A DNA stretch of 64,000 bases from Candidatus Latescibacterota bacterium (GTDB taxonomy: Bacteria; Latescibacterota; UBA2968; UBA8231), in the NCBI GenBank assembly GCA_965261395.1, contig OZ253462.1, positions 2,336,001 through 2,400,000 on the forward strand, in the 5' to 3' direction. Shown one piece after another: positions 45,908 to 54,486 of the stretch. The notes below the pieces were generated by a model. It made no database searches. It was given only the letters and a program-made list of their open reading frames with translations, and was not told the DNA's origin. Within the stretch, counting starts at the first letter, position 1; each line of letters starts with the position of its first letter. Both the position numbers and the translations under genes were made by a program.

Positions 45908-47440
45908 CTACCCCTTGATAATTATCCCCGATTGTCTGCTTTTCGACGACGGCACCTTCCCAGACGCTACCTCCTCAATGCGGGCGATCACGCCCTCGAC
46001 ATCAAAGACATGGTTAACGCGGCCGTCCATCCGGCCGTCTGGACCCACCAAGAAATAGGAGGGTATGCCCCGGACCTGGTACAACTGAGCCACCGCCGCC
46101 TGCCAGCCGCCTGGGGAGCGGACGTGGACGCCGGTCAGGCCGTGCTCATCGACCGCTTGGTGCCACTCGTCGGCGGGGTCCAAAGAAATGTTCAAAAAGA
46201 CCACCTTCTGATCTCGGGTCCGCTGTTTGATTTTTTCCAGAAAGGGTAATGCCTCGATGCACGGGCCGCACCAACTCGCCCAAAAGTCTAGGAAAACCGC
46301 CTGACCTTTGAAATCGCTCAAGGAGATGCTTTGGCCCTCGAGATCGTCGAGGGTGAAGTCGGGGGCGGGCTGGCCGGGTTTGAACTTGGATGTTTCTCGT
46401 ACTACTTCTTCGACGACCTCGGTGTATTCGGGATAGGGGTTGTCCTGGAGGAATTCGGCTAGGCGTTGTTCACCTTGGTCAAAACGGCCCTGTTGGAAGT
46501 CGTCGATGATTTCACCAGCGAGAAAAAAGTACAGGACTTTGCCGTGCAAGAGCCGCTTGGCCAAGTGGTAGACAATGTTGTGGGGTTGGATTAAGTCTCC
46601 TCGGCGTTGCTCTTCGTCCAACCGTACAATGAAGTCTGGCAGGTAGGTGATGGTGTGAGGTTGGATAAAGGCTCGGCGTTGCTCCTCGGATAGTTGCTCC
46701 CGGAAGGCTCTCGTCTCGGCTTCCTCTTCTATACGCCAGAAATTGCGTTCCAGAAATCTGCGGTAATGGGTGGTGCCGATAGCCGCTTCGTCAACCAATT
46801 CGACTTGATCGAGGGCATCGTGATAGTCCGCGGGGAGGTCCTCGTTTCTGCTTCCATTGGCGAACATGTAGTCAGTGGGATAGGAGACTATGAAATTGGC
46901 CCATTCATAGGCGATTTCAGCGCGATAGTAATCGACGAAAGCCGGCGTGAGTTGGTACTGGCTGCAGCCTTCGTCCAAAAAGGACTCCAATTCCAAACGC
47001 CGTTGATCGATCATTTTGAGAAAGGTATCGACCTCTAGGTCTTTGTAGTCGATGCGCAGGTAATCGGAGAAGCGAGATCGCAGAGTAGCTAGGAACTGGT
47101 TGTTGGCTGCCCCCTGGCCGGAGAAGCGGAGGGACTGAGGGAGGTCGAGCAAGTCCGCGTCAAGGTGCAACTGATCGCCCGGTTCCAAGAAGAGCTTGAC
47201 CTCATCGTCGAGATCGACCGAAACCATTTGCGCTTCAGTAAACGGCAGTTCCACCGCGAGGCCGCCCTTTTCGTCAAGCGGAGCTTCGATGGTAACGGGC
47301 TTATGGTAAATGGGCGTTTGCTGGTACTCGAAGGTGATGCTGCGCCGTTCCAACGCATTGGCTAGCGTGGCGGTGACGCGGGTGGAAAGCGGTGACATGC
47401 TTTTCAGCGAAGCTTCTCGTTGTTCCTCTGATTGTCCCAT
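45908..47440 (-). CDS. TlpA-family thiol-disulfide oxidoreductase with long N-terminal region
   Basis: GQPAPDFTL.D..G..SLSDFKG..V.LDFWASWCGPC, YQVRGIP. No signal peptide is visible. Confidence 0.88.
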   Translation of the reverse strand: MGQSEEQREASLKSMSPLSTRVTATLANALERRSITFEYQQTPIYHKPVTIEAPLDEKGGLAVELPFTEAQMVSVDLDDEVKLFLEPGDQLHLDADLLDLPQSLRFSGQGAANNQFLATLRSRFSDYLRIDYKDLEVDTFLKMIDQRRLELESFLDEGCSQYQLTPAFVDYYRAEIAYEWANFIVSYPTDYMFANGSRNEDLPADYHDALDQVELVDEAAIGTTHYRRFLERNFWRIEEEAETRAFREQLSEEQRRAFIQPHTITYLPDFIVRLDEEQRRGDLIQPHNIVYHLAKRLLHGKVLYFFLAGEIIDDFQQGRFDQGEQRLAEFLQDNPYPEYTEVVEEVVRETSKFKPGQPAPDFTLDDLEGQSISLSDFKGQAVFLDFWASWCGPCIEALPFLEKIKQRTRDQKVVFLNISLDPADEWHQAVDEHGLTGVHVRSPGGWQAAVAQLYQVRGIPSYFLVGPDGRMDGRVNHVFDVEGVIARIEEVASGKVPSSKSRQSGIIIKG

Positions 47441-47500
47441 CCCACCTTTCTATTCGTCGGGCCTCATAAACAGTGCTGCGATTGCCTGTGTCCCTGCTGT

Positions 47501-48061
47501 CTAAAAGCGACTTTTGAGCTGTCCCCAGGACTGTCCTGCAACCGCCGTAGAAGCGGATCCCGGATAAAAGCCAGAGCCCAAGACGAAATTCTGGCCGAGG
47601 GCGGTATATGGGATGGCGTAGCTCACCTTAAGCGAGCCGGCGTCTTCGTCCCCTTCTACCGCTGGATCGTCCCAAAGATACTCGACGTAGCCTCCTCCCG
47701 CGGCCGCCGTAGCGAGGATCTCCTGTGTAATTTTGACTCCATTGGAGTCTTCGAGATCAATCAAGTTTTGGCCCTCGAGGTCTGGATTAGCCGCGTGAAA
47801 GACTACGATACCATCAGTGGTTCCGACAAAGAGGTAGATGGATCCCTGCTTCCAATCCCCGTCGGCCCTGAAGCTTTCCAAGGCACCTAAGTAATCGGGA
47901 AGGCTTTCAAAGCGATCCAAGTACTCTTTCGCCTCTAGTACAAAGGCTTTCAGGGATTCCCGATCCACCACGTCGCCGGCCGTTACTTTCACGTCGTCCT
48001 GAGCAACGGCGGGAAAGAGGCTGGCCAGCACTAGAATGAGTACTGCTGTCAGACGCTTCAC
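47501..48061 (-). CDS. Secreted stand-alone Cache-domain protein, copy 2
   Basis: Closely similar to 45225-45794; ends STAVAGQSWGQLKSRF. Confidence 0.85.
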   Translation of the reverse strand: MKRLTAVLILVLASLFPAVAQDDVKVTAGDVVDRESLKAFVLEAKEYLDRFESLPDYLGALESFRADGDWKQGSIYLFVGTTDGIVVFHAANPDLEGQNLIDLEDSNGVKITQEILATAAAGGGYVEYLWDDPAVEGDEDAGSLKVSYAIPYTALGQNFVLGSGFYPGSASTAVAGQSWGQLKSRF

Positions 48062-48102
48062 GATGGTCTCCTCTATCGTTGAGGATGTGAATCATATCGG
48101 AT

Positions 48103-48131
48103 AAAATATGCCCAATCCCCCAAAAAATCTA
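48103..48131 (-). promoter_or_regulatory. Putative sigma70-type promoter of Cache copy 2
   Basis: Minus strand TAGATT-17nt-TATTTT. Confidence 0.45.
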
Positions 48132-48194
48132 TTAGACAAGCCCGCCTTGTCCGCCGCTTCACCGCCCCCAAACCACCGCTGGTGCCAGCGCGTA

Positions 48195-49640
48195 TCACGG
48201 CCGATCCTGACTGGCCACGTATTGAGATAGGAGGGTGAGATTGCGGTTGAAGGTGCGGCAGGAGATGACTTGGGCGACGATGGGCGCATGGCGGTCTGCG
48301 GGGTTGCGCAGGCGGCCTTCTTCTAGCCAGCGGCCCTCTGAGTCGAGGGCGTCGATAACGGCTTTGATCCGTTCTGCAGCGACCGGGCGCACTTGGGCGC
48401 GTTCGGCTAGGATGGCTTCGCGGCCTTCGGCGCGGATGCGTTGGTGCAGGCTTTCAATGCGATCAGTGGGGTTGCCCACTTTAAAGGCATAGTGCGTCGG
48501 CAGGTCCGCATCGCTGTAGGTGAGCACGTATTCGCTGGTAAAGTAGAGCGGCCGGTTGGTCCTCAGTTCGTAGAACCGGGCCATGCGTCCATCGGGCAAT
48601 TGCGCTGCTTTAGCCCAGGCCAAGGCGCGGGGAATAGGTTCGAGAAAGCGCGGCTCGCCGTATGCGAGATAGAGTTCCAACAGGATTTGCATCACGCCAA
48701 AACTCTCGCCGCCGGTGATGGCGGGCGGTTCAAATTTGCGCGCCCAAGCCGGCTCCATCGCCAAATTGTATTGCTGCGCCCAAGCCGGTTGCGGGTCGGG
48801 CATCTGGGCTAGGATAATGAAGTCGCCGCCTCGTTCGGCCGCGCGGCGCCAGCGCTCGTCGCCATAGATTTGGTGCGCTTCGATCATGGTTTCAATGACG
48901 TCGGCGATGGTGTTGTCGTTAAAGGTGTAGTACGCGAGGTAGCGCTCTTTGGGGTACTGGCGAGACCAACTCGCCGGATAGCGCGCCTTTTTGACGGGGA
49001 ATTGGTTGGGATCGGCCCATTCGCTGTAGCGCTGGGGCCAAGCACCGTTGGGGTATTGGGCTTTGAGCAAGGACTCCAGTCCGTAGAGGACGGCGCGGTG
49101 GAGGTCCGCGTCGGCAAAATCGAGGTGCTGATCGACCTGCATGAGCAAGCGCAGGGCGCTTTGCGTATTGTCGTCGTCCAAGGTGGTGCGGTTGCGGCGT
49201 TCACCGGTTGTTCGGTCGCCCTGTTCGACATCGCGTCGGTAATGCCAGTTTTTGCTCTCCTCTGGGTCAAAGTCGATCCGGTAATCCCAACCGCCCGAAG
49301 CCAGTTGCCCCCAGACCAAGGCTTGTGCCGCCTCGACCGCGCCGTTGAGGAAGAGGGTGTCGCCGGTGGCTTCGTAGGCTTGGAGGAACGCCATGCCTAC
49401 CGACGGGGTGCCCGGGGGCTGTACCCAGATGGTGGTCGGCGACGCAATCCCTTCCCCTTCGCGCCGGGTAAAATCGCTTTGGTAGAGCCAGAGATACCCG
49501 CCGTTGGTGGCCACTTGGCCGCGAAAGTAGCGCGTCGCTTTGACCATGGTCTCCACGGCTGCTTGGTGCAAAGCCTCGTCGCTGTGGAGCGGCGTGCTGT
49601 ATAGCACTAGGAGAAATAGAGAGACGATTTTGTGCATCAT
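48195..49640 (-). CDS. Secreted pectate lyase family (PL10/PelA-like) protein
   Basis: Signal peptide, TLDDDNT, AQYPNGAWPQ, TFNDN, AWAQQY...PAWARKFEP, ARFYE. Confidence 0.82.
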   Translation of the reverse strand: MMHKIVSLFLLVLYSTPLHSDEALHQAAVETMVKATRYFRGQVATNGGYLWLYQSDFTRREGEGIASPTTIWVQPPGTPSVGMAFLQAYEATGDTLFLNGAVEAAQALVWGQLASGGWDYRIDFDPEESKNWHYRRDVEQGDRTTGERRNRTTLDDDNTQSALRLLMQVDQHLDFADADLHRAVLYGLESLLKAQYPNGAWPQRYSEWADPNQFPVKKARYPASWSRQYPKERYLAYYTFNDNTIADVIETMIEAHQIYGDERWRRAAERGGDFIILAQMPDPQPAWAQQYNLAMEPAWARKFEPPAITGGESFGVMQILLELYLAYGEPRFLEPIPRALAWAKAAQLPDGRMARFYELRTNRPLYFTSEYVLTYSDADLPTHYAFKVGNPTDRIESLHQRIRAEGREAILAERAQVRPVAAERIKAVIDALDSEGRWLEEGRLRNPADRHAPIVAQVISCRTFNRNLTLLSQYVASQDRP

Positions 49641-49723
49641 ATTGCCTTTGCGGTTTGTCAATCTGATATATCTACGTTAGCGAAATGGTCCGCCTCTGCA
49701 AAATTTCTAGGAGTTAAAATTCG

Positions 49724-49753
49724 TTGACAATCTAATAAGGCCAAACGTAGCTT
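49724..49753 (+). promoter_or_regulatory. Putative sigma70 promoter for the 49805 gene
   Basis: TTGACA (49724-49729), 18-nt spacer, TAGCTT. Confidence 0.45.
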
Positions 49754-49804
49754 AACCCCGACAACAGGGCTAACCTTCCCATCCGCCGAAAGAGGGGGTG
49801 CAAA

Positions 49805-50983
49805 ATGACTACCGATCAATCTCCGGCTCAGGAGACCTACCGCGCCACAGCTTTTGCCGACTCCAAGCCCGAACTCGCCGCTCCCGGGGCCACGCCCGAG
49901 CGATTGGCCCACTTGCGAGAGCATGGTTTTGTCATCATCACCGACTTTGTCGATAACCCGTGGATACCCGTGCTCCGCGAGGCTGGCCGCCGCGTCACCG
50001 AAGCGTGCGCGCCCGAGCATGGCTACAGCAAGATCGACTGCTCAAAGGGCTACGTGCATCGCGCCGGCGGCAATGAGCCGTGGGCGATTCGGGGCCTCGT
50101 CCATCCCGCCTTTGAGGAGCCTTGCTTTGCCGAGTTCCACAGCTCGGATGATTTCCTGAATTTCGTCGCCTCGTGGTGCGATGGGCTTGGGCCTGAAGAT
50201 ATGTCGCTGAGTGGTCTGCTGCTGTGGTGCAATCCCCGGCAGCACGAGAATGGCCCCAGTTGGCACCGCGACGTGACGTGGTGGGGGACGGGCAAGCCCT
50301 ATTTTTCGCAGCGGGACGACCGAGGGGAAGGCACGGAGGATTATTCCGAGGAGGTCGAAAAAGTCCGCTGGGAAGAAATCCGCGCCAGTAACGCCAAGGC
50401 GCTCACCGAGCGAAACGGCGTGAGCATGTTCCTAGCGCTGGTTGACGACGAGTGCCACGAACTCATCCCCGGCACCCACCATCGCTGGCGCACGCCGTTT
50501 GAGCACGACGTGCTCCTGCCGCAAGCGATGAAGGATCAAGGGGTGCCGTACACGCCTAGTTGGAACAGGAAGGACCCGCTGCCGAACCAAGTGTCGATCC
50601 GGCTCAAGCCCGGGGAAGCGCTCATCCGCAATGGGACCACGATCCACACCGGGCACACCGTCCCCGAGCGCGAGCGCAACACCTTGTCCATTGGCTGGTC
50701 GAAGTGGTCGGGTCCGTTCACCGGGGATCCGGCGGTGGCGGACGCGCGCAGTGCGTGGCAACTCGATCCCGCGGTGCGAGAGGCGTTGCCGCACGAGTGG
50801 ATGAAGACCGCGTGGGACCGTTGGGCCGAGACCCAGAAGTTAGGGGATACGCTTGAGGATCGGTACGCGGGGTTTGATGTCCAGCGCATCAAGGCGGGGG
50901 AGGTCGTGGGTTGGCGCAGCGAACTGGAGCGCCAAGCGGCTACCGCCGGCGAAGCGTGGGAGCGGTTTCAAACGGTGGTGTGA
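49805..50983 (+). CDS. Phytanoyl-CoA dioxygenase-like (2OG-Fe(II)) protein
   Basis: HGFVII, WHRD (HxD), LIPGTH, LKPGEALI....IHTG. Confidence 0.78.
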   Translation: MTTDQSPAQETYRATAFADSKPELAAPGATPERLAHLREHGFVIITDFVDNPWIPVLREAGRRVTEACAPEHGYSKIDCSKGYVHRAGGNEPWAIRGLVHPAFEEPCFAEFHSSDDFLNFVASWCDGLGPEDMSLSGLLLWCNPRQHENGPSWHRDVTWWGTGKPYFSQRDDRGEGTEDYSEEVEKVRWEEIRASNAKALTERNGVSMFLALVDDECHELIPGTHHRWRTPFEHDVLLPQAMKDQGVPYTPSWNRKDPLPNQVSIRLKPGEALIRNGTTIHTGHTVPERERNTLSIGWSKWSGPFTGDPAVADARSAWQLDPAVREALPHEWMKTAWDRWAETQKLGDTLEDRYAGFDVQRIKAGEVVGWRSELERQAATAGEAWERFQTVV

Positions 50984-51005
50984 AGTGCGATCCGACGCGT
51001 CTAGA

Positions 51006-51827
51006 TCACTGCGAAGTTTTAGCTAGCTCCGCCCTGCGCTCGACAAACGCCTGCGGTGGGGGCGTCAGGATCGCGCGTTTGCGCTCGTCCACCCCTTGCC
51101 ATGGGTCGGCGTCCGTTGGGCTGAAAAAATTATTCGGGCCGGAATAGGTCTCTTCGCGCGCCATGTATTTGTAAAAGAGCGTAGTCCGCGTGCTCGGTGC
51201 CGTCCACGGCAGGGTGACGTGACACAGGGCCTCGGTGAAGATAATGGCAGTGCCAGCGCGGGCCGGCACGCGGGTGACCATTGGATGCACGCCTTTGGAC
51301 AAATCGACCCACGCTTCCGGGACGGGATAATGCCCCTTGTGCGAGCCAGCCAAGCAGCCGAATCCTCCCCCATTACAAACGGTATCCTCTAGTTCGTACG
51401 CCACGGTGACCAGACCGTTGGAGAAAGTCCCGGTTGCGGGGTCGCGAGCGAAGTAATGAGTGACTAGCTCATGCGGCCGATTGGGATTTAGCAAGCGTCC
51501 GTTGCTGCCGTGGATAGTGCCCCCGGCGAGATCTTTGTTGAAGGTACCGTGCGTGTGCACGTTGATGTGGTCGATGCGGAAAGGGGGGAGCCCCCCGGCC
51601 CGTTGGCCGCCGTAGATCTCTGCTAGGATTTCCGCAATTACCGGAACGTCCAGCAAATCGACGAAAGCCTGAGACCAGAAACCGCCTCGGTCCGCGTGCT
51701 GCGAATGGAGTTCTGGCCCCCTTGCATCGACGGTGGCCTTGAGATCTGCAACCTGCTCAGGGGTAATTGCATCCTCTACCGTGAGGAAGCCCCACGTGTC
51801 AAAAGCGAAGCGCTGTTCTTCATTCAT
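51006..51827 (-). CDS. Phytanoyl-CoA dioxygenase-like protein (HG variant)
   Basis: FDTWGFL, GGFGCLAGSHK, AGTAIIFTEALCH.TLPW....R..LFYKY. Confidence 0.78.
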   Translation of the reverse strand: MNEEQRFAFDTWGFLTVEDAITPEQVADLKATVDARGPELHSQHADRGGFWSQAFVDLLDVPVIAEILAEIYGGQRAGGLPPFRIDHINVHTHGTFNKDLAGGTIHGSNGRLLNPNRPHELVTHYFARDPATGTFSNGLVTVAYELEDTVCNGGGFGCLAGSHKGHYPVPEAWVDLSKGVHPMVTRVPARAGTAIIFTEALCHVTLPWTAPSTRTTLFYKYMAREETYSGPNNFFSPTDADPWQGVDERKRAILTPPPQAFVERRAELAKTSQ

Positions 51828-51842
51828 TTTTAATCGAATCCC

Positions 51843-54470
51843 TCAGTACGCGACGGCAATGGTTTTTAGAACCTGTTCGTCCTCGATGCCAGCACCCTCG
51901 GTGTCCGTGTCGATCCGCAAGCGAGCGTAATACACCCCAGGCGACACCAAGACCCCCGCATCGTCTCTGCCGTCCCAGACGATGGCGTAGGAGCCTGTGC
52001 TCAAATCCCGTTGCTCCACCAACCGGCGCACCCGACGGCCTGCCAGATCGAAAACTTCCACTTCCGCCGGGCTATCGTCGCCTACCCGCACTACCTTGAA
52101 GGCGAACAGAGCTTGGTCGTTGACGCCGTCGCCATTGGGCGTAAAGGCGCGGGGGATCACCTCCACCTCTGTCAGCAGCGAGGCACTCTGCACCGTACCG
52201 ACCAGCGTTGTAGTGTTGCTCTCGATGCCGGCTAGCGCGTCGCCGGCATCGACTCGCTGCCAACTGCCCGCGCCCGCGTCGCTATTCTTTAAAAGTGCCC
52301 GCATCACTGCGCCCGTCGAAAACAATGCAGTCGCGAAATCTAGCCGCACCACTTCCGCGCCTGAACGCGGCCCCACCGGTGGGAAGGCCAGTTGCAGGCT
52401 ATCCGCGTGCGTCTGCATCACCTCCACATCGGCCACGGCCAGACTGGACAAGTCGGCGCTGGGACCGAAGGCATCCTCGGCACCGGCATACAGTTTCACG
52501 AAGCGCAGCGGCATATCGGACGGTGCCACCAGCAGCAACTGGTCGAAACCTGGATCCTGCGCCGCGAAATCTGGACGTACATAGAACGAAAATACTTGCT
52601 CCTGACCCAGTTGGTGCACCTGAAACGGCGAGATCTCACCGGTGATGCCCTGTGCCACGGGATTGCTAAAGTTGAGCCGGATCGAGCGCAAGGTCGGACT
52701 GACCTCCAGATCGTCCGATAGCAAGGTTGCCCGCAAAGTCAGAAACTCGCGCGGGCTGGGCGAAGTCACCGGCGAACCGGTCGGGTCTTCGTACGGCTGG
52801 CTCCACGGCTCCCAATCGGAACCAGCGGTTTCTTCGGCGACGATTTCGCCACGGAAAATCGACAGCAGCTTGTCGTAGTCTGCCTTGGATACTTCAGTGC
52901 CGTCTTTTTTAAAGTAATGCAGGGTTTCACTCAACTCGTTGCCAGTACGGGTCTGGATCAGCACGCTCGTGCCGGGCGGCGTGTCGGCATCCCACTCGAC
53001 GGAGAGCAGGTTGCGGCTGCTGCCCAAACGGATCAGATCAGAGGTCAGGGTCACTTCGGGCTGGAACCCCCGTCCGTATAGCTGTAGCTCCGCCGGCTGC
53101 CCAGTAGCTCCGCCCTTGCCCGTGGAACTGGTGCTTTCGAACTGCTTCCAGACGAAGCGAAAAAAACGGGCTTTGAGCCGCTCGAAATCGTTGCCTTCGT
53201 AAAATCCGAACCCTAGGGCCGAAACTCCGCCGCCGCCGAGTTGCTCGCGATCAACGGCGGTATTCCACTTGATGCTGCCGTCGGCGGCCAGCGTACCGTC
53301 TGAAAAATCCAGCCGGTAATTGGAGAACCTGGACCCACCGTAGGCCATCCTGAAGGCGTCGATCCAGTAAAAGGCACCTAAATCGAAAAGCACCTCCCCT
53401 TCGGGCGATTTGAGCGAGCCCCTGCCGTAGGTGTAGATGAACTGTACTTTGCTTTCGATCTGGCCATCGATCAAACTGTTAATTGACGCCGTCTGGGAAG
53501 CCGTGCCAAAACCGCCCCTGTCCAACGCCCCGGTGAGGATCTCGTCGCCTTCTGCCCACACTTCCAACTCGGCCAGCCGTGGACGCTCGATCCGGTAATA
53601 GCGCACCGAGCCTTGTTGCTCGGGCTCAAGTTGGCGGTGTACCTCTTGAGGCACTAGGGTCTCGCGCCCGTCTGCATGGAGCTTAAAATAATCGACTTCG
53701 CCCCGCTCGTCGGCCGCGAGCTGATCGTATTCGGCCTGAGTGACTTCTCGACCGCGGCCGAAATTACTGCCAGTCACCACCACCTGTACGAAACGAATGC
53801 CGACCCCCTCGAAATCGCGTTCTAGGTCCATGTCGATCTCGAAAAGCCGCTGTTCCTTGTTGGGCTTGATGGTCCGCAACATGGTGGTGTATTCGAGAGC
53901 AGGGCCACGACTGCCCGTGGGCTTGTTGCCCTGGGACACCAGCAGGTCGAACTGCAGGAAGGGATCGCCCAATTCCTCGTCGACGAATTTCAGCACGATT
54001 GTCTTGGCGATCACTAGCCGCCCCAGATCGACGGTAAACCACCACTGGCCGGCCAGCTCGCCCTCATCTGTGGGCGCGGCGGGCTGCCAGTACGTTGCTA
54101 GGTTGCCGTCGAAAAGGTTGACCACGTCCGCCTGGTTGCCAGCGGTTCCGGCCTGGATGCCGTCTAGGACGGTGATTTCTTCTGGAGCCTTTTTCACTCC
54201 ATCGGGTGGGCGGGCTTGCAGATAAGCGGCGATGTCCTGTACCGCGTTGATGTCGCGGTGCAACTGGTGCGGCGTCAAGGCACCACTGGGCGAAATTTCC
54301 ACTACCCCTTGGGGAAAGGTCCAATTGCGCCAGTGCGATGCGCCGTTGACCACTACCTGGTTGGCAGTCACTTGGTGGCCCGCCCCCTGACCGTACGCCG
54401 CCGTACCTAGAACCGCCGACAAGACCGCCCAGCCCATGCACTTCAGAATCCGTTCCATATCTCTTACCAC
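51843..54470 (-). CDS. Secreted discoidin-like protein with C-terminal FlgD-Ig domain (type B)
   Basis: HWRNWTFPQG, WWFTVDLGR, RLAELEV, TRTGNEL, WEPWSQPY, SPSPR, FTPNGDGVND, WDGRD; ends VAY. Start may be ATG 54458. Confidence 0.8.
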   Translation of the reverse strand: MVRDMERILKCMGWAVLSAVLGTAAYGQGAGHQVTANQVVVNGASHWRNWTFPQGVVEISPSGALTPHQLHRDINAVQDIAAYLQARPPDGVKKAPEEITVLDGIQAGTAGNQADVVNLFDGNLATYWQPAAPTDEGELAGQWWFTVDLGRLVIAKTIVLKFVDEELGDPFLQFDLLVSQGNKPTGSRGPALEYTTMLRTIKPNKEQRLFEIDMDLERDFEGVGIRFVQVVVTGSNFGRGREVTQAEYDQLAADERGEVDYFKLHADGRETLVPQEVHRQLEPEQQGSVRYYRIERPRLAELEVWAEGDEILTGALDRGGFGTASQTASINSLIDGQIESKVQFIYTYGRGSLKSPEGEVLFDLGAFYWIDAFRMAYGGSRFSNYRLDFSDGTLAADGSIKWNTAVDREQLGGGGVSALGFGFYEGNDFERLKARFFRFVWKQFESTSSTGKGGATGQPAELQLYGRGFQPEVTLTSDLIRLGSSRNLLSVEWDADTPPGTSVLIQTRTGNELSETLHYFKKDGTEVSKADYDKLLSIFRGEIVAEETAGSDWEPWSQPYEDPTGSPVTSPSPREFLTLRATLLSDDLEVSPTLRSIRLNFSNPVAQGITGEISPFQVHQLGQEQVFSFYVRPDFAAQDPGFDQLLLVAPSDMPLRFVKLYAGAEDAFGPSADLSSLAVADVEVMQTHADSLQLAFPPVGPRSGAEVVRLDFATALFSTGAVMRALLKNSDAGAGSWQRVDAGDALAGIESNTTTLVGTVQSASLLTEVEVIPRAFTPNGDGVNDQALFAFKVVRVGDDSPAEVEVFDLAGRRVRRLVEQRDLSTGSYAIVWDGRDDAGVLVSPGVYYARLRIDTDTEGAGIEDEQVLKTIAVAY

Positions 54471-54486
54471 CCGCTGAGTATTCAGG

